From Octopus vulgaris (lineage: Eukaryota), in contig OX597833.1 in the NCBI GenBank assembly GCA_951406725.2, positions 66,774,001 through 66,838,000 of the forward strand: a stretch of DNA of 64,000 bases, in the 5' to 3' direction. Positions 57,173-64,000 of this stretch are shown here, in pieces. Each line of letters opens with the position of its first letter. Within the stretch, counting starts at the first letter, position 1. The position numbers were made by a program, and so were the translations under genes. The notes below the pieces were generated by a model that saw nothing but the letters and a program-made list of their open reading frames with translations, did not search any database and was not told the DNA's origin.

Positions 57173-57958
57173 CACATACGCACACACGCACACGCACAAC
57201 AAATTTAAAAGGGTAGCTTACTAGCAATTAGAACTTAAAGGCAAAATCCATAGGAGTCACAAACGGGACGGAGGATAGTGCCAAGCACCGTTTTTGTTAA
57301 AGTTAAAATAAATCGCGCTCATTAGGGCAAAGATTTTGTGACATTTGGGTTATTTTAACTCTTATCTTTAGCAAAAGCGGTGTTAGTCAGCATATATATC
57401 CGGGTCGCAAATCGGATTTTGATGTAGACAATCATAATCCTCATCAGCAGCTCTTAACGCCTAGGGTTAAACTCAACTACATATATAAGTCTTATAAAAA
57501 AAGCCAATGAAAACGTGTGCTGATTTTCAAAGCGGTAAAAGAGTAAAGAACAAACTTAAAATGGTGGCTTATTAGCAATTAGAAACTAAAAGCAAAATTA
57601 ATATACTGCGATTTCTCAGTCCTTAAAACACACATGCTTTTGACTTATTTTTACTATTTTCTTTAGCAAAAACGGTACTAGTCAGTGCGCTCTGTCACTT
57701 TGTGACCTATACATACATACATTCATACATACATACATACGTACATACATACATACATACATACATACATACATACGCATATATATATATAAATGTATAT
57801 ATATATATATATATACGTACATACATACGTATATATATATATATATATATGTTCTATAGTACATTGAAGTATATTATGCTACATCATCCTTTATCAAGCT
57901 ATATTACATAGTACAATTTTATACTATATTATATAAAACCACACTGAATTGAAACATA

Positions 57959-58016
<58 letters not shown>

Positions 58017-58042
58017 TAATATATGTTTATATATATGTGTAT

Positions 58043-58082
<40 letters not shown>

Positions 58083-58157
58083 GTGTGTCTGTATATATGT
58101 ATGTGTGTGTGTCTATATATATGTACGTATGTCTGCATGCATTTATTATATATATAT

Positions 58158-58222
<65 letters not shown>

Positions 58223-58813
58223 CAGCGGCAATAGGCAGATCTTTTATGCGATAACTAATGAATCACGAGGCTATAACAGGATTCGTTTTGAGATATATTC
58301 GTATTTAATCATCGAAAAGTTTGCAGCCAATTCTGTAGAACCAGAGGCAGATGATCTTGTGCACTTCGGAGGTTTCCTTCTCATATACACTCTCAGCTAT
58401 ATAGTTTTAACCAATAAGTTATACAGTTTATAATTTTGCTGAAAACAAAGATTTGACTGGAAAATATTGGATCCTTGATTTCACAAATATGCAGAAGCCA
58501 CAACAAACTCAGCTGTATCGTGTATCGAGGCAATATAAAGGTAGAGATAGGTAACTCATATAATCTCTTCTTTATACACCTTCTATCAGATGTACTCATA
58601 CCTGAATGTGAGTATGGATTATGTGTATGTACGTGTATATGGTTTTACATATATGTATCTGTATATGTTTATATAATTGTCACAGGAATACAATGAACTC
58701 GAACCTACACCTACAGCACTATAGATACATATATATCGGTAGTAACTACACACATTTTTTTTCCTCTCCGTGTATTTTCTCCTTGTTTTTCGCCTTGTTT
58801 TTTTCCGTGTCCC

Positions 58814-58847
58814 TTTCTGTAGAAGAGCGTAGGCTCGAAACGTAAAA
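58814..58847 (+). ncRNA. Ultra-minimal hammerhead-like motif (A6U variant)
   Basis: ttt CTGTAGA a gagc-gtag-gctc GAAAC GTA aaa, inside a cassette of about 190 bp ending at a (TA)-rich tract. Confidence 0.55.
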
Positions 58848-59077
58848 TACTTTTTTCTATTCCTGAGCGTTATACTAATACATCTGTTTGTTTTGTACAC
58901 CACCTGTTTCGTCTTTTATTTCTTTCGTGAACTCTCCCCCTATATGTATATATATATATGCATAAATATATATACACATATATACATGTATATATACATA
59001 TATATACATATAGATACGTATACTTATGTTTATATAAGTACATATATATATGTGTATATTGTATTGTATATAAATAA

Positions 59078-59108
<31 letters not shown>

Positions 59109-59550
59109 CATACATATATATATGTATATAGATATACATAAATGTATGCGTATATATATGTATATATGATTTTTACATGAACCTGTCTATCTATGTATGT
59201 ATATATGTATGTATTTATCTCTGTGTATATGTGTATATAAATGAAAGAGGGAAGATGGAATTTATGGGAATTTTAATTAATCACGACAATCGTTTCAACA
59301 AATCTAGCATCGATACCTCACAGATGGGACATTTAACAACTGTGTCTCATCGGGTGATAAATAGACACGACTTGTTAAAATAACAGTTCGCATATGACTC
59401 CAATGGGCTTCATGCGATTCTTGGAAGTGTAATCTATTCTTAGCTATAACAGCGACAACATGAATTTCTACCATATTCTTGCTCTGTTAAAATATTTGAG
59501 AAAAATTATATTAATGTGTCCGACTAGTTAAAATTCTATATATTTATTTG

Positions 59551-59636
59551 TGCAGCTGAAGATGGGATTACTTTTAAATTGATGTAATGATTGCATTGTT
59601 CAATTAAGTGTAGTCGCTTGAAACGGTCGTACTGCA
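59551..59636 (+). ncRNA. Type-I hammerhead ribozyme motif, intact core
   Basis: tgcag CTGAAGA tgggattac..aattga..tcaatt..gtagtcgctt GAAAC ggtc GTA ctgca. Stem I is a perfect 5 bp. Confidence 0.8.
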
Positions 59637-59745
59637 TCAGTACTTGATATCCTGTTATTTATTTATATTTTATTCATCTTACTTCGAACTGTCCAGATAA
59701 TACCGGACTGATTTGGTGCTTCAACTTAAGTACCTAAATCAACTG

Positions 59746-59830
<85 letters not shown>

Positions 59831-60077
59831 CCTTAAATCCTTAAAAATGTTTCATCCCGAAAGCTGCGGCCATGCTGGGGCACCACCTTTGAATGAGCTA
59901 CACTAATATGTGAAACCACCTCTGATACGTGGCACTTGATCAACAAAGGAGTTCGACGCCGCTGCCCGCATCTGTGTTTCCTGCCGTGAGGTAGGTCTAT
60001 CTGGAACCCCCGACAAGAAGAGATCCAATTTAATCTTTGAAGAAACCCACATCCACACCATGCAGGTCTCACACATA

Positions 60078-60173
<96 letters not shown>

Positions 60174-60392
60174 GGAACGGTAAATACGATTCAGGGATCG
60201 AAGTGTGGGAAGTTAGGAAGCATCTAACGTTTTGTACAGATGAGAAAATTTGACAATGTACGATAAAATATATTTTTTAACAGTCTGTTTTACTTTCTGT
60301 ATCGAAGTTAAACGGTATTGCGATAAGCTGACTGTATCCATACAACTCATGGTTTAGCAACTAACGCTGCTAAGATTTCGAATATATTTTGC

Positions 60393-60459
<67 letters not shown>

Positions 60460-60498
60460 GTATGTATGTATGCATATATATGCATTTTTGTATATATG

Positions 60499-60647
<149 letters not shown>

Positions 60648-61113
60648 TATGTATGCATATATATGCATTTATGTATATATGTATGTATATAATCGTTGTG
60701 TGTGTTTTGTGTATGTGTGTGAATAAAAATAATTAGAAAAGTCAACTACAATGGAAATAATTTAAAGCCTACGTCAAACACGTTAGCCAGAGGCACGATT
60801 CTAGAAGTAAAGTAAATATCTCATCGCTGTCTAACAAAATAATCCTAAATCTAAAAATTCGAAAGTAAAAGTGATGCTCTAAATTCTTATGTGGTTCTAA
60901 TTTTGGGAAATTATCCAAAATTATAAACAAAACCGAAAATACATATTAATCTTTCGGGATATTTTATCCAACATATAAATTGTCAAACCCGCATCTCAAA
61001 ATTTCTCTGTACTGTATTGATAGCTTACCCCATTCAACTGGCTCTGACATGGTGTTTGCTACTTTCTACTCACTTCCTTATGCCATAAGTTGGTTATCAT
61101 GACAGAAGGAAAA

Positions 61114-62430
61114 GGCGGTGAGCTGGCAGAAACCTTAGCGCGCCGGGCGAAATGCTTAGCAGTATTTCGTCTGCTGTTACGTTCCGAGTTCAACTTCCGC
61201 CGAACAAGGAAATGAGATTTAAATATGGCTGACCATGAGACTATACTTTACCTTTCATCCTTTCGGGGTCGATTAAATAAGTACCAGTTATAACCGACTT
61301 AATCCGTTTGTCTGTCCTTGTTTGTCCCCTCTGTGTTTAGCCCCTTGCTGGTAGTAAAGAAATAGGTATTTCGTCTGTCGTTACGTTCTGAGTTCAAATT
61401 CCGCCGAGGTCGACTTTGCCTTTCATTCTTTTCGGGGTCGATTAAATAAGTACCTATTTCTTTATTACCCACAAGGGGCTAAACATAGAGGGGACAACAA
61501 GGACAGACATAGGTATTAAGTCGATTACATCAACCCCAGTACGTAACTGGTATTTAATTTATCGACCCCGAAAGGATGAAAGGCAAAGTCGACCTCGGCG
61601 GAATTTGAACTCACAACGGAACGGCAGCCGAAATACCTATTTCTTTATTACCCACAAGGGGATAAACACAGAGGGGACAAACAAGGACAGACATAGGTAT
61701 TAAGTCGATTATATCGACCCCAGTGCGTAACTGGTACTTAATTTATCGACCCCGAAATGATGAAAGGCAAAGTCGACCTCGGCGGAATTTGAACTCACAA
61801 CGTAACAGCAGCCGAAATACCGCTAAGCATTTCGCCTGACGTGCTAACGTTTCTGCCAGCTCGCCGCCGATTAACTAAGTACCAGTTACGCAATGGTGCC
61901 GATGTAATCAACTGAAATCCTTTGTCTGTCCTTGTTTGTCCCCTCTATGTTTAGATCGCCCTGTGGGCAATAAAGAAATTGAGATATTACTATCATGAAA
62001 GTGGTGATCTTGAAGAATCCTTAGCAGACCGGGAACGGTTTTTTTAACGGCATCTCGTCCGTCTTTACATTCTGAGTTCAAGTTCCGCGAAAGTTGAATT
62101 TGCCCTTCGTAATTTCTGGGTCGATAAAATAAGAACCAGTTGAACAATGGGGCTGATGTAATCAACTTACCCGTCTCCTTTGAATTGCTGGCCTTGGGCC
62201 TAAATTTCAAACCATTGTTATGAAGTCGGTTAGCTGTCCGAATCGTTATCGACTCCAGAAAAATACTTATCCGCATTTCACTCGTCCTTACGTTCTGAGT
62301 TCAAATTCAGCCGAGGTGGACTTCGTTTCTCATCCTTTCGGGGACAATAATATAAGTACCAGTTATTTACGGGGTTCGATGTAATTGATTTCGTGCCACC
62401 CAACCCCCCCCCCGCCCATAATTTCAGGCC
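61114..62430. mobile_element. Nested cluster of SINE family A units
   Basis: A plus-strand dimer (61114-61454 and 61869-61980) is split by a minus-strand dimer (61455-61868). Two older plus-strand copies follow at about 62020-62430. Confidence 0.88.
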
Positions 62431-62562
62431 TTCTGAGTATACGAGATGGTGATAAGATAGCGATAATGATGTTTTTTTTTATTTCGATAATATAAATGTT
62501 TTACTAAACATATGCAGATGCACGTAGAATTAAATATATGTTTGTATAAATGTATACATGTG

Positions 62563-62598
<36 letters not shown>

Positions 62599-62778
62599 TG
62601 TATGTATGTATGTATGTATGTATGTATGTATGTATGTGTGTATGTATGTATGAATGAATGTCTGTATACATGTATATCATTACGTATCTATCTAAAAATC
62701 TCTCTATGCATAGATACATAGATACATACATATATATATAGACGCATGTACGTACACGCAAATATTCATATAGACATA

Positions 62779-62829
<51 letters not shown>

Positions 62830-62881
62830 ATATATATATATATATATATATAGATAGATAGATAGATATGTATATGATTCT

Positions 62882-62914
<33 letters not shown>

Positions 62915-63227
62915 TTATATGTGAGTATATATTTAATTTAGATATACATTTTCTATTTATATACATACAATACGTATAGACTGTGTATGTTTGTATGTAT
63001 GTATGTATGTATATATATATATATATATACATACATACACACTCACACACACACACATACACACACACATACACACACATATATATATATACATGTGTGT
63101 GTGTGTATTTACAAACACAGATAGGGGAGGGGTGACTCACAGAGAAATATGCAAGGAGGGAATGTAGCGGAATGTTAAATCAGTTGGAAATTAAAACAAA
63201 AAGAATGCCAGAGATAGATAGATAGAT

Positions 63228-63278
<51 letters not shown>

Positions 63279-64000
63279 GATAGATATATCGATAGACAGA
63301 TAAAGAGACGAAGTTAAGTTTATCTAAATATATAAATAGATAAGTAGATGGATAGATAGATAGATAGATAAATAGATAGACAGATAGGTAAATAGATGGA
63401 TAGATCGATGAATAAACAGATAGACTGCGTGGGGGAGAAAGAGAAAGATAAATTTCAATTAAACTTAACAAGCATTCTAATTCCTCAGAGCGTTTTAATG
63501 GCGGTTGCAGTGTTCTAGCATAACAAGGAAATGAGATTTAAATATGGCTGACCATGAGACTATACATATTTATAGATAAACCATGCGGTTAGCTGTGTAA
63601 AATGAAACCATACTGCAGCGGAAAATATATAATTTAAATATTTAAATCGTGTTACATTAACCAACTGTCCCCGTGCCGCAACCATAGACATTTCAACTTC
63701 ACGTATACGCATACATGAACACGTTTATATGTATATTTACAACTATGTACGCACAGAAACATATAGACATATATATATATATACATATGTATTTGATGCT
63801 AGTTGTATGTATACAGAGGTATTTAAAACGTATTCAAATCTGCATGGAGATATGTGCGCATAGATATGTATCTCTATATGTAAATGTATACGTATGCATA
63901 TATACATAACCATGCATACTGACATATGTATTTGTATATATATGTGTGTGTGTATATATATATATAAATATATACGTGTTTGCATATATACATATACATA

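Overview
AT-rich, very microsatellite-dense eukaryotic DNA. The mix of tRNA-headed SINE families, (TA)n/(TCTA)n/(TAA)n tracts and LINE debris suggests a coleoid cephalopod such as Octopus (inference, not verified). I can support no host protein-coding exon. Almost all ORF-track entries are translations of simple repeats. The window is intergenic or intronic and is built from: three abundant SINE families (A, B, C here); four non-autonomous Helitrons; mariner/Tc1 deletion derivatives; 5'-truncated LINE pieces (RTE, R4/Dong-like RLE, L1/Tx1); and several fold-back palindromes. The most notable signal is a recurring set of about 9 minimal type-I hammerhead ribozyme (HHR) motifs. Three have a fully intact catalytic core. 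They sit in short non-coding cassettes, mostly embedded in (TA)n tracts and often in inverted-repeat context, as expected for non-autonomous Penelope-like or retrozyme-like elements. One cassette joins a tRNA-like Pol III head to an HHR tail. Other points of interest: SINE A shares its 3' tail with a (TCTA)n-embedded Tx1-like LINE; SINE A multimers reuse one exact junction; a 44-bp locally templated insertion lies inside a SINE; and there is an eroded tandem array of about 50-bp period. All alignments and folds were done by eye, and boundaries of degenerate copies are approximate.
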